The position numbers were made by a program, and so were the translations under genes. The notes under the pieces are model-generated. The model was given only the letters and a program-made list of their open reading frames with translations. It did not search any database and was not told where the DNA came from. Below are positions 25,762-37,536 of a stretch of DNA of 64,000 nucleotides, in pieces. The DNA is from Moniliella sp. 'wahieum'. Lineage: Eukaryota. The stretch is from positions 186,001 through 250,000 of the forward strand of contig RSEE01000031.1 of the NCBI GenBank assembly GCA_003971905.1, given 5' to 3'. Position 1 is the first letter of the stretch. The number at the start of each line of letters is the position of its first letter.

Positions 25762-28515
25762 ATGGACCTCCGCCTCGACCTCGTCGGCGGCGCCGTCCTG
25801 TTCGACGAGCATGGCCGCCCGCTCCTCCCCCGCCACCCATGCTCGGCCCCGACGGCCTCCCGCTCCCGCCGCCGCCGCCGACGGTGTGCGCGCCCGACGG
25901 CACCCCGCTGCCTCCGCCGCCGCTCTGGTCGCCCCCGTCCCAGGTCTCGCCCCTGTCGCCCCGGTCGCCCCTGTCACCCATGTCGCCCGCGCCGCCGGCG
26001 CGCGCCTGCGCCCTCGCCCACGCCAGGGCCACCGTCCACGCCTACACAAGCGTCGTCGGCTGCCTCTCCCACCCCCCGCACCCCCCCGTCAACTCGGTGC
26101 AGCAGTACCGCTGCCTGCGCTCCCACCTTGCCCTCTACATGTCCGAGTCGCACCTGCGCCGGCCGCCGTCCCAGGCGCGTCTCGCTGCCGCCACAAGCTC
26201 CTGCGGCTCTCCTCGGCCCAGCTGTGCGAGTTGGCCAACGACGTGGCGCAAGAATGTGCCCGCCGCGCCGAGACGACCAAGGGTCCGCTCCTGCTTGCTG
26301 TGGGTGACTATCGGCGCAACGCGAGCCGCGCCAAACTCTCCTTGCTCCCGCTGGCCAAATTCAACGAGTTGGTCGCCGATGTCGTTCTCGATCTGGAACG
26401 GTGCTACCCCGCTTTGGCCCCAAGCCCCGCTCGCCCACTGCTCCCCTTCACCCAGCCCCAGCCCCGACTCAAATTCTTCCCCCTCCACAGGCACGTCGGA
26501 AAGTAGCACGACCACCATCCCAGCGCGCTATGCTGCCAACGAGTCCCCCTCCCCATCTGGCGCTTCGCGTCTGGCCATGCATGCCCAACATGCAACCAGT
26601 CGCTCTCCGAGCCCAGACATGGGGTGGATTTGTTCTCCGAAGACCGGTACGTATCCGTCTCCCCCCCCCCCTCCCTCCCATGCTCCCCGCCCCACTCTGG
26701 ACGCTAGCCTACAGCGCCACAAAACAATTTACTGACCTTACACTGGTACTGCTGTCTTCAGAACCACTTCGGGACTCGGTGCGCTGGGTACGTTGGCGAC
26801 CAACTCGGCGTTGTCCCTGTGGGGTTCTGGCCATCGGCACCGCCGCGCCTCGTCCGAAACCCTCCTCGCAACAGTGACGCTAGTGCCACCTCGACGTGGA
26901 CCAACAGTGAGCCCAAGGGTTGCCAAGCCGGGGATCCAGCCCGCTTCTCACCCCTCTCTCTCCGACGGACCAGGCGGGGGAGAGACGGGTGAATTTGGCG
27001 CGGAACCAGGACGCGGTGGTTCCCCTGGTCCAACGGGAAGCCTTTTGATGAGGAGGAGCAAGAGACTACTTTTTCGCCCCGGGACTTTGGCCGACCTGAT
27101 TCGGACCCCAGCACGGACACCAACAACTGCCCACCGTCGTTGTCCCAAGCAAGTCAAGCATCCGGAGACTCGATCGCGCACGCGTCTGCGCCCACCTCGG
27201 AGGGTTCCAAGCAAGAGACGACGGACGCCATTTACCCTTCGGGCCAGAGCATGCAATCGGATACCACCCCGTTTCCCTTTCCTCTTGTTCCTTCGAACGA
27301 TTCGATCGTCGGTCGTGCGCCTACGATGGCCATGGAGGAATTGGAACGAGAGCTGGACCAGCTGGACCAGCTGGAGCGCGTGCACGTCGATGGGCTTGAC
27401 TCGGCTGATACGACCGAGAAGGCGGAGCGAGGGGACCTGACGCAGCAGGTGGCGACGTCCAAGGTGCATGCCAGGGACGCTTCCATTGCCGATACTGTGT
27501 TCGACAGCGCAGCGCCGCCGCTGGCTCCGCCTGTCCCGAGGTCATCTCAAACCAAGTGGGCCATGATCCAGAACCAACTGAGTATGCTGGGAAAAGAAAT
27601 CCACGCAATGCACATGTTCAACGACGAGCTGGACCACGACAACCTTGTTCTCGCTCACCGCTTGGCAGAAACGACCAAGGAGTGCGCCATGTGGAAAGAC
27701 CGGTACGAGCAACTGTATGCGCATGCACTGCAACAAGGTTTCTCGCTCGACCAGCTTGTCCCTCCTTTGGAGCAACCAACCACGTCTTCCGCCCCACCAT
27801 CGCCGTTGGTTGCCTCCTCCCCTTTGGGCCTCTACCTTGCCGGCTCCCGTCCCGCCTCCCGCCCTGCCTCCCGCCCTGCCTCCCCCCTGCCTCCCGCCCT
27901 GCCTCCCGCCCTGCTTCCCGCCCGCCTCCCGCTCCGCCTCCCGCCCTCCTCGCCCCCCCTCCCCCTCGCATGCACCTTCGACACACGCCCCTACCTCCAG
28001 TGACTCTCCGTCCGTGCGGGGTGGGCAGGGCCACCGTCCTGCGCTTCTATCCGGCCTATCTTCGCCGCCGACGTCGTCAGCAGCCCACAGACGCCGTTGG
28101 ACCACCGGAGCGAGTTACCATCCAAGCCGCTCACGCCGTCGTCTGCGTCTGCGGCGGTACGGTGGGAGTCGCCACAGGCGGTGCGAGCGTTTTTGACCGA
28201 GCAGACGAACCAGTTGGCAGACTGTGTGAGTGGGTTGTTGTGCGCGTTGCGAACGGAGCGGCCCAACGTGCAACACGTGCGCAGCATGCTGGACCAAATG
28301 CAATCCATTGTGCATGCGGTGATTGGCGTGGCGGATCCAAGTGACCAGCTGGTCCAGGCTAGCGGCGTGCTGCAGACCATCTGGGACGAGTGCGCGCGTG
28401 CCGGTCGGATGAGGAGGCGTATGCGACGTTGGAAAAGCCGGCACTGGCCCAAGCGTGCTGGACACTGGCCAAGGCACTCAAGTCGCTGGATCAACACCAA
28501 GGTTCCTTGGGCTAG
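25762..28515 (+). CDS. SPA2: Spa2-like polarisome scaffold (GIT/Spa2 homology domain)
   Basis: KLLRLSSAQLCELANDVAQECARR...RNASRAKLSLLPLAKFNELVADVVLDLERCYP (two SHD repeats), a coiled coil (KECAMWKDRYE) and a C-terminal helical domain (VRAFLTEQTNQLADCVSGLLCALR). Start and end reconstructed across frameshifts. Confidence 0.75.
27845..27925 (+). repeat. 12-bp coding tandem repeat TCCCGCCCTGCC (SRPA)n within the Spa2-like gene
   Basis: About 6 degenerate copies visible directly. Confidence 0.8.
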
Positions 28516-29225
28516 CTTAACCCCCCTTTTTGGGTCGCGTTTGCTATCTATCTATTTGTGCCTCCTTCGTGCCGGTTTCCTCTAGTACTCATGCTCCGTG
28601 CTCCACGCTCCCCACGCCCCGTACCAAAAGCTCCACGCACCACCACCCACCCCTCAACCCATAACCCACAACCCGCACCCCACAACCCACAAGTCGCATA
28701 GCAGTTCCGTCGGGGCGTTTGGTTGTGGGGGGGTCCTATATATCTTGTTGCGTACCTGCAGTTGGCATTCTCGATTGGATGGATGGCAATATTCCCGACT
28801 GAGTACTGCAGCGCCGGATGATGGTGAGTCGAGCGAGTCGAGCGAGTCGAATGACCATAATCCATAAGTACTTAGACTCCCATGCCATGACCAAAACCAT
28901 GACAAAGAACAAGACCAACGCAACGTGTATGTGCAGGGAAGAAAGTGTTGCAATAAAAAGGCATACATGCTCCGGGCCGTCGTGCGAACAAGGAAGAGCA
29001 ATGCGACAAGATGTAATTTCGGCCAGTGCTCAGCCCCAGCGCGCAATCGCCAGAGATAGCTACACGCCGCATCCACACCCCTAGGCCAAACATAACCCAG
29101 TCCGCCCTGCCCAGCCTCAAGCCAGTGCGCGACGAGAAGGCAAGTGGAGCACAGGAGGTACAGCCGCACCTTACGTAAGGTACAACCCGTGGCCTGGTCG
29201 TAGCAGCAAGGGGCCGAGGGGGAGA

Positions 29226-32200
29226 TCAGTAGGAAGTAGGCAGGTGAGGCGAACGGAGAAGCGGCATCCAATTTCCTGATCCGGCCGATCCACCATGGCC
29301 TGGGTGCGGGTTGACCGACGCAGCCGCCGCTGCGTCCGTGGGGGCCGCCATGGGCCCGGAAAGGTGAGGCCCACGATAGTAGTCCCCACGGTAGCCGTTG
29401 TACCCGCCATATTCGGACGCGGGCTGTGCGGGGTGCGGGGAGGGAGGTTGATTCTGATGGGAAGCGGGACTGGGATGGGCATTGGAGTTGGGGTTGGGGT
29501 TGGGTTGGGGACTGGGATTATGATTAGAATTAGGAGTAGCATGAGCAGGAACCGACCCGGCGGGCAGGGCGACGGTGGACGGGTAATCGTATGAGGGCAT
29601 GCCTACGGGCAACACCCCCACTTTGTTGTACTCGCCTGGGTATGGGGTGGTGGAGTGAGGTGCGGGAACGGTACGTGGGTCGCGCTCATGGCCATACCCA
29701 CCGTGAGTTAACGCACCCCCTTGCGCGTGGTTGGAACCGATGTGGGACGGGTCAGAGGAGGATGCATGGGACAGGCCACGTTGGGAGAAGACCATGGACG
29801 GTGGCGAGGCCGTGTCGCCGCCTACTGATGTCGATGGGACCGAACTGGGCGCAGACGGTGCGGGCGCGAGCGGTGCTGGCACCGGTGGCGCGGAAGTGGG
29901 ATGGGCTCCCGGCGTGACCCGGGCCGCCTCGGTAGCTCGTTTCTTCAGCGCCTTTTTGCGTACCGCGGCCGCTGCTTCGGCCGCTCCCTCTGCCTGGCCC
30001 AGTGCGGCAGAAGCACGGGTGAGCCCCTCCTCACCGTCCTGCGCGTACGCTGCCTCGAGCAACTTTTGCTGTCGTTGAATCTGGCGTGAAAAGCGAAGTC
30101 CGCACGCATTGCACAAGCTCTTTCGCCCTCCTGGGCCTTTGCGCCATTCCGGGCTGGAACGGGTGCCACAGGACGTGCACACCTTCTCCTCTTCACCCGT
30201 CGATCCTCGACGTGAATGGCGGCGGCGCGGTCTCCCTTCCGCTTCATCCTTGGAGTCAATGTAGCCCGTGCCTCGTTTCCTGCCTCGTTCATCCGTCGGC
30301 AGCGTCGCATCCCATTCGCCCGATTCCGGCATAGGCGGAGGCCCTGGCGGCACAACCGGAACAGGGGGCGGGCGGGAAGAAATGACAGAAGGCCAGGCCT
30401 CGGCCGAGTAGGGGGACATACCCCCCTCCCCATCTGTCGTCAGAGCGGGCTTGGCCATACCGGGACTTGCGACCCAGGAGGAAGGTTGGCTAGGCGTCGA
30501 AGCGCCCTGCGTCTCATACCCTACCGCCAAAGCAGGGGGGACTGAGGAGATCATGTCGGCTGGGGGTGCAGCGAAGCTTGGTTCTGTCACCACACGGAAA
30601 CAGGCAAACATAATCTGTCCATAGGGTACCACCACGCTCTCCACCGCATGGGAAATGTTGGAGGAGACAAAGGTGTGGGTGGCATGGAAGCGGCGCGTGC
30701 AGCTAGTCTCGGGTGCCTCGTCTGGTTCCAGTGAGGAGGAGGTGGGGCGTTGGGGCAGCGAGGCGCCTTGGACCAAACGGGCAAAATCGTCGGCAAAGTA
30801 CGAGGCATCGGCATACGTCTCAAATGCCCCCAGTTTCTTATGCTCCTCCGCCTCGGCTTGGCTCGCGTAGAGCCGGGGTGGAGGCCAGGAAAACAGAATC
30901 TCGCCAGTGTTGACGGTGATGATTTGAAAGATACAGGGAGGCGGCCCGGCTGGCTGCAGACTGCGCGGCGGCTCGCTCTCATACATGCCTTCCAGAGCAT
31001 ATCTAGGTTCTGCTCCGAGAGCGTGGAGCGGTTCATGCCGCACCGGTGCGTCCACCAAGCGGGATCAGTTTCATCCGACTGAAGATCCATCGGTACCTCT
31101 GTGCCAAGTAGTCAGTAATTCTATCTGCAGTCACGGAAATCGGCATGACCTTTTGAGGGCCCAGGGACAGAGCCAAGCAGTAAGGGAGAGGAAAGGAGGG
31201 AGGGAGAGGGAACGCACTCATGCAGTTATGTAGAAAGACGAGGAGACGGTTGCCACCAATCCAGTTAGATATCAGGTGCACTGTTGTCCAGTATTGGTCC
31301 AGCGCGGGAACGACAGTGGGTAAGGCCGGATGAAGATTACCAAATGCGCGGCGGATGGCGGTGATGCGATTCATACGGCACCGAGTAATGCTTCCACTCA
31401 TCCGCTTGCTCGCGACAATCTCTTGCAAGTCGCGACAACACAGGCAGGCTTCCTGTGGGTGGATCCAGTCGAAGATGCTGCTACCCACCACACGGGAGGC
31501 TTCGGTACCGAAGTGCTGATACAAGGTGGGATCAAGGAAGAGGACGGGAGCACGCTGATTGTCGTCGGCCAGCTCACAGATGACCCAGTAGCAGCGGCGT
31601 GGTTCAAAAGAACTAACTGGTCTGGCATCCAAAGGTGGGCAGAGTGATTGAAGAACGGAGGAGGCAGCCATGTCGTTGAGGGTGGCCTGATCCGATGGGG
31701 GTTGGCGAAAAACAGAAAGAAGCTCACGGCGCTTGGCGGCAATCATGCCAGCGACGCCATGGGCGACGCGCGAATCAGCGGGAATGGGGTATGGGGAGTG
31801 ACTGCCAATGTGGGGCGCTGGTGCAGAGAAAGAGCGGGGGATACTCGTCACAGAAGCGGAGGCGGGCGTGGAGAATGTGGGCGGGCGTGGTAGAGGAGAG
31901 GGTTCGGACTGGGCAATGTGGAGTGGCAGCGGGAGGGGTGGGAGGGAAGTGATGGCGGGCGACATGGATGGAAGGAATGCACGCGGAAGTGTTGAAGAAG
32001 GGGTGGAGGAGGACGGGGAGGAGGAGGAGGGGGGCGGGGGAGCAATGGCGATGGATGAGGCATTCAAAGGGGCGAATGAGGAAAAGGGGCGCGGTCAATG
32101 AGAGCAGACGAGGGATGGGTTGGGGTGGGGTTGGAGGCGAAGGTAGGCGTGGGAGTCGGAGCGGAAGCGGGGTTTGGATTGGGATTGGGACTGGGATTGG

Positions 32201-32368
32201 AGGGGTTGGGATGGAGGGTGGGATTGGCAGTGGGGGTGGGAGCCGGAGCGGAGGCAGATGGGGCGGGTGTGGGTGGAGACGAGGTGGCAGCGGAGGCGAG
32301 AATGGCAGGCGGAGGGGGTAGTAGGCTCCTGGGGCTGCTGCGTCTGGTGGCGGGGGGCGCATGTCCAT
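29226..32368 (-). CDS. GATA zinc-finger transcription factor with an N-terminal PAS-like region
   Basis: [30 protein letters not shown] (CX2C-X18-CX2C). PAS-like segment RCYW...FLDPTLYQH...[10 protein letters not shown]...GSITRCRM. Intron 31099..31217 (GTGCGT...CTGAC...CAG). Pro-rich N-terminus from ATG 32368 (start inferred; frameshifts). Confidence 0.85.
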
Positions 32369-32422
32369 CGGAGGCGGCAAGGCGAAGGGGAGAAGGAGGA
32401 GAGGTGGAGAGGGAGGAGAGGG

Positions 32423-32637
32423 TGTCACAGGCCTAGCTAGCGAGCGATGCTGGCGATGGTCGATGGAGATGGCATTCAAGAGCTAAGGAGAGCTAGAGCT
32501 ATGGGCCTTGATAGGCTCCTGGCCTGGAGGCCAGTGGAAACCCGTGGAAGGGTCGGAACTCACTGCCCCGGTGCACTGTGTGGATCGGGCCACGTGTCAC
32601 TGAAGGCCGATGGGCTCTAGACCACTGGTGGTCAACA
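32423..32637 (-). repeat. 3' LTR (215 bp)
   Basis: Identical to 35949-36159 apart from an extra AGCG near 32440; preceded on the minus strand by the PPT. Confidence 0.97.
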
Positions 32638-35600
32638 CCCCCGCTGGCCAGAGGTCTCAGTGGCACGATGGAAGGTTGTAACGTCCTCAAGCTTGAGGCG
32701 AGGCAAGTTGGCCAGGAGTGAGACCTTAGTGGCTGGTTTGGTGAGGATGTCGGCCGGGTTCTCGTTTCCAGCAATGTGCGCGATTTTGACTTCGCCCGAG
32801 TCGACATGCTGGCGTACGTTGTGGTACCGGATGTTCAGCTCACGTAGTTTGCCCGTGCTGCCCACTTTTTCGGCCAAGGCAAGTGCCGCCATGTTGTCGC
32901 AGTACCAGTGTATGGGCTCGTCTGAGGTGATGGCACCGAGCTCCAGTAAGATGTTTTTAACGTAGTTCGCATCAATGAGGCCCTCATATCCCGCCGTATA
33001 TTCGGCCGCAGCAGTGTTGGTGACGCTCTTGGGTTGACGCACGCTCCTCCAGGACACTGGAACCCCGTAGACGAAAAGCAGGCATCCCGACGTGGAACGC
33101 CATTGGTCAGGGTCTCCAGCCAGGTCGGCATCCGTGTATAGCGCGAGAGCGGGTGCGTCAGGCTCGGGTGTTAGTCGGAGACCGTAGCCCTTGGTACCGT
33201 AGAGGTAGCGGAGGAAGTTTGTTGCCGCAGCGCGGTGGGCCTTGGAGGGATCGGCAGTTGCTCGGCTTAGAGCTGAGATGCCGAACAGCGCATCAGGGCG
33301 GCACATGCGGGCAGCCCACAGCCCAGATCCTACTTTGGCTTGGTAGTCGCGTCTCTCGGCGGGCAGTGCGGGCGGTTCGGGGTCGGTGCGCGCGGGGATC
33401 ATCTTGCTGGGGTGGGGGAGGCCCATAACCAGGGGTGGCGGAACCTCATGTTTGGCAATGGATTCCTCAATGAATTTTGGCTGGCTAAGGTACAGTTTCC
33501 CGTTTATGGTGTCGTACTGGCAGCCAAGATGGTAGTGTAGGGGGCCGTTTCCCCGCACCTCGATATGGGTGTTGATCTCAGTGAGGAAGGAATCGTAGCG
33601 TGCGTGAGACGTGCAGGCGATGAGAAGATCGTCGGTGTGCACGGCAAGGAGGACCGTGTCGCCTTTACGGGGTCGGATGAACAAGCACGGCTCAGCCAGA
33701 GATTGTACAAAACCCATGTCTCCGCGGAGCAAGTCACGGATGAATACCGCCCAGTTTGCGCCGGATTGGTGGAGGCCATATAGGCTTTTCCGGAGACGCC
33801 AGACCTTGCCTTTTTCCTCGGGAAAGAATGGGGGTGGGCGGAGGTACACTTTTTCCGTGAGGGGAGCGTTCAAATAGGCAGAGTGCACATCAGCAGTGAA
33901 GAGGTGGAGGCCGAACTTTCCAGCAAGGGCGATAAGGCTGAGGATGGCAGGAGTGCGCACGGCAGGGGCGAATGTTTGTCCCCATGTGTCAGCATCCTGC
34001 TGGTGGCCCCCGGCAACGAGACGGGCTCGGTAGCGTAGGAAATTTCCGTCCGCGTCCGTTTTGGTGTTGATGCGCCACAGACCAATCAGCAGCTGCGCGT
34101 CTGGAGGGGGCGTGACGACTTCGAATGTGCCGTAGCGGGCTAGGGTGTCGATTTCCGTGCGCATCGCCTCCAGCACTGGTTCGAATGAGGGGTGATTGGA
34201 GGCCCTTCATTGTCTTGGGTGCAACAGGTACTCCGTCCTTGGTGAGCTGGATGCGCTCGTGCGGCCCTGGCTCGCTAAGGGCGATCATCGCCTTGTATTC
34301 AGGCGGATGGAGACCGTCGCTGTACGCGGGCAGGGCAGTGTCGGGCAGTGGGAAGCGTAGGCCGATCGCAGGACTACGACTACCGTCAGGGAGGGAACCG
34401 GAGGCAGCGCGGCAGCGTGTGCGTGGAAGTCACCATCATGAGGGTCGTCCGCTACGGGGAGCTGTGCCCAGTCAAGGTCAAAACGGCGCTGGTGGGTCCG
34501 GGCGGGGTACCGTCTGGTGGTGGGGGTGGTTGGATGGGTGTCGTTTTGTCTTGCGATGGTCGCGTCAGTATCAGTGTTGATTCTCGGTGGTGTGTTGGGA
34601 TTTGCAACTTCAATTTTGTTCATTTTTTCTTCTCCCTTTTTGGTTTCAGTGTCAGTCATAGTTCTGTCAGGCAGGGGTTGAGCGGGGAAGCGAGATACGT
34701 CAGGCGGAAAGCGGTCGGGGAAAACCTCGTGGTATTGGCGCTGGGTCCACTTGTATGGTTTTGCCCATTGGGATCGGAACGTGCCCATGGACGGGTCGTA
34801 CACAGCCCAGCGCCAACCCTTTGTACCTCGACCTGCGTCGTACCCGACGAGCATGGCTTCGACAGCCCGCGGACTGAGCTTATGGTCACGTTGGTCCTGG
34901 GCCAGGTGAAGGTACGCCAAGGATCCGAAGGCGTGCATTGGCAGCGGTGGGGGTGACCCCTTGTACAGCTCAGCCCGAGATTGTGTGCCCTGGCGTGGAG
35001 ATGTCGGTGGCATGAGGTTGTGCGTCCAGCACCCTGCCAGCAAGGCATCCTGCCACCAGTTTGATGTCGGGAGGCCCGAGGCGATGATGAGTTGGCGCGC
35101 GCGTGTGGTGATTGCCTGGATGGCTCGCTCGGCCACCCCATTTGATTGACTTTGGCCTGGTATGGTGGTTTCCGTCGTGATACCTTCGGATTCAAGGAAC
35201 GGACGGAGTGCGCTGGTGAGCTCGGGGGCATTGTCTGTCTTCAAGATGCGAAGCAGACGGTCCTTTCCGATGCGTTGCTCGCGGGTGATGAGTTTTTTCA
35301 GCTCCGCCGTGGCTTGTCCTTTCGTCTTTAGGGGAACAGCGAAGGTGTAACGGCTCCAGTCATCAACCGCGACCAGGGCGTATCCATGTCCCATGCCAGT
35401 GATGCGAGGGAGGTCGACTACGTCGGCGTGCAGTACTTCGAAAGGACGTTCCGAAATGCGGCGGCCGTGGCGCGAAGGGTGGCTGGGCGCTTTGGCCAGA
35501 GCTTTTGTGCAGGTGGGACAATGCCAGAAGGGGCGGATGCGTCGGATTTGGGCAGGGCTGACGCGGAGGCTCGCTCGCGCGTTGGCGGTTAGTGTCGGGA

Positions 35601-35798
35601 GTAGGTCTAGCGCGGCGTGGTTGTACTGTTGGTGAACGTACATGACGTGCTCGATGGTGTTGGCTGCGGTGTGTTGGGTGGCGACGGCAGCTTTGGCCGC
35701 GTGTTCGTTTGTGGGTGTCGGTTTCGGGACGATGGCCCGCGCCTCTTCGATGACAGAGACTTCGGGAGGAGGGGTGTTTCTTCCAGTTCGGGGGGCAT
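32632..35798 (-). CDS. Copia pol remnant: integrase, reverse transcriptase and RNase H
   Basis: Integrase: HQQYNH...CPTC, LHAD, KTDNAPEL and NGVAER (DDE). RT: RARLVAGG, DVHSAYL, KSLYGLHQS and HTDD. RNase H: YTDADLAGD, AAAEY, CDN and NPADILTK. About 3 frameshifts; the stop lies inside the 3' LTR. Confidence 0.93.
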
Positions 35799-35948
35799 GG
35801 TGGCTGATTTTTCCTTTGTTTTTTTTTTTTGAATTGGTTGGTGTGTGGTGCCGATGGTGGCGTTGGGGTGGTGGTGGTGACGGTGGGCGCCGATGGTGGT
35901 GCTGAGTATTGATCCTTTGCGCCAGTGGGGTGCTTCAGATTGTAGCTC

Positions 35949-36159
35949 TGTCACAGGCCTAGCTAGCGATGCTGGCGATGGTCGATGGAGATGGCATTCA
36001 AGAGCTAAGGAGAGCTAGAGCTATGGGCCTTGATAGGCTCCTGGCCTGGAGGCCAGTGGAAACCCGTGGAAGGGTCGGAACTCACTGCCCCGGTGCACTG
36101 TGTGGATCGGGCCACGTGTCACTGAAGGCCGATGGGCTCTAGACCACTGGTGGTCAACA
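35949..36159 (-). repeat. 5' LTR (211 bp)
   Basis: Direct repeat of 32423-32637 with TGT...ACA termini. Confidence 0.97.
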
Positions 36160-37536
36160 GAGGGTGGTGGCGGTGGTGGTGGTGGTGGTGGTGGCGAGGC
36201 CCAGAGCGGCGGTGTGGAAAGGCGGCGGGGAGGCGGAGGCAGGGATGGATGCAGCCAGCGTGGGATGTTGTTGTCGGGCGGTGATGGTGAGGCTGCTGCT
36301 CTGGGCAGGAAGAGGCTCTGACGCAAAAAACGCCCATTTGCTCGATCCTCGATCATCGATCACGATCACTAGATCACTACTCACTTCGATCACGTCCATG
36401 CGTAGCCGTAGTCACTAGTCCCTCGTCCCCAGTCACTGCCTAGTCACTTCTGTCACATCCATGTCACACCCACACCGATCGTCGATCCCTGCGTCATGGC
36501 GTTTGTATAACCAGGCTGATCGGGTGACCGGTGACCAGTGGTCATGACCGGTGATCGGGGATCCGGTTCCCGGTTGGCGTTGGCACGTTTGCGTTTACCG
36601 GTTACCCGGTTGCCGGTTGTGCGTTTCAAGTTGCTCACCAGTGGTGGACCGGAAGCGCACGCGCTATACGCGCTAAGCGCCCAGGGCGGATTGGGCCGAA
36701 AGTGGGTCACCGGTCACCCACTGGTCAGGTGGGCCTGGGGGCCGCGGTTTTACATGGTCTGGAACTCAGTGCCCTCAGATGCTGCGAACATCGATCTATT
36801 CGATCAATCCATCAATGTTCAATTCAACACCGACTTTGACCAAACCAATCCTTCGATCACCTCGATCATCGATCTCCAAGCCGCATTTCCGCCATCGGCA
36901 GCATGCATCAGCTTGAAGCTTGAACAGACAGAAGGTGAAGCTGTACGGTGAAGGGTGAAGAACGGATGGTCGATGGATGCAGGCATGCAACTTGAAGAGC
37001 TTGACACCTGAAGCCAACCAAAACAGGCTCACGCTCTGAAGCGCTTGAGGAAAGAAAGGGCGGAACGGGACGGAGCGGGAAGGGCGATGCGGTAGGTCAG
37101 ATCTGAGTCGCAGAGCTACTAGTGCTACGCGTTGCGCGCTGTCGCGGATCGAGCAAGCATCAGATCCAGATGGGATGTACTTGAAGCGTTCAACGGTTGC
37201 CTGTCGCATGTCACGCGTCACGTGCCGCATGTGAGGTGCAGATGGCGCAACGATGCGCTGATGTCAGCTACACGCCATCCCCTGGTGCGTCCACGTGGAC
37301 GCAGGTGGGGCGCACAGCCAGGCCGGTGCATCATGCATCATGCATCACTGTTCACTGTTCAATTTCAATTTCAATCTCCAACCACACCCAGGCCATGCGT
37401 TGGGCGACTACCAAAGCACGGCCCCGCCCCCCCGAGTAAGCGCAACCCACAAGTCGCAGCCCCAGCACATGGCCATGTGGACCATTGACTCACCCGCTCT
37501 TCCGCCCTTCTCCGCCTCTTCCCTCCCGCCCACGCC

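Larger units (their letters stand above)
32423..36159 (-). mobile_element. Ty1/copia LTR retrotransposon, 3737 bp, lacking gag and protease
   Basis: TG...CA LTRs at 32423-32637 and 35949-36159; GAGGG TSD at 32418-32422 and 36160-36164; PPT AGCGGGGG (32638-32645, minus); domain order IN-RT-RH. Confidence 0.97.

Noticed and set aside
29226..32368. Calling the PAS/GATA gene white collar-2
   Set aside because: It has PAS-like and GATA domains, but I could not see WC-2-specific motifs; orthology needs a phylogeny.
33620..33645. RT active site HTDD instead of YVDD as a sign of inactivity or novelty
   Set aside because: HxDD variants are common in fungal copia elements and both catalytic aspartates are present.
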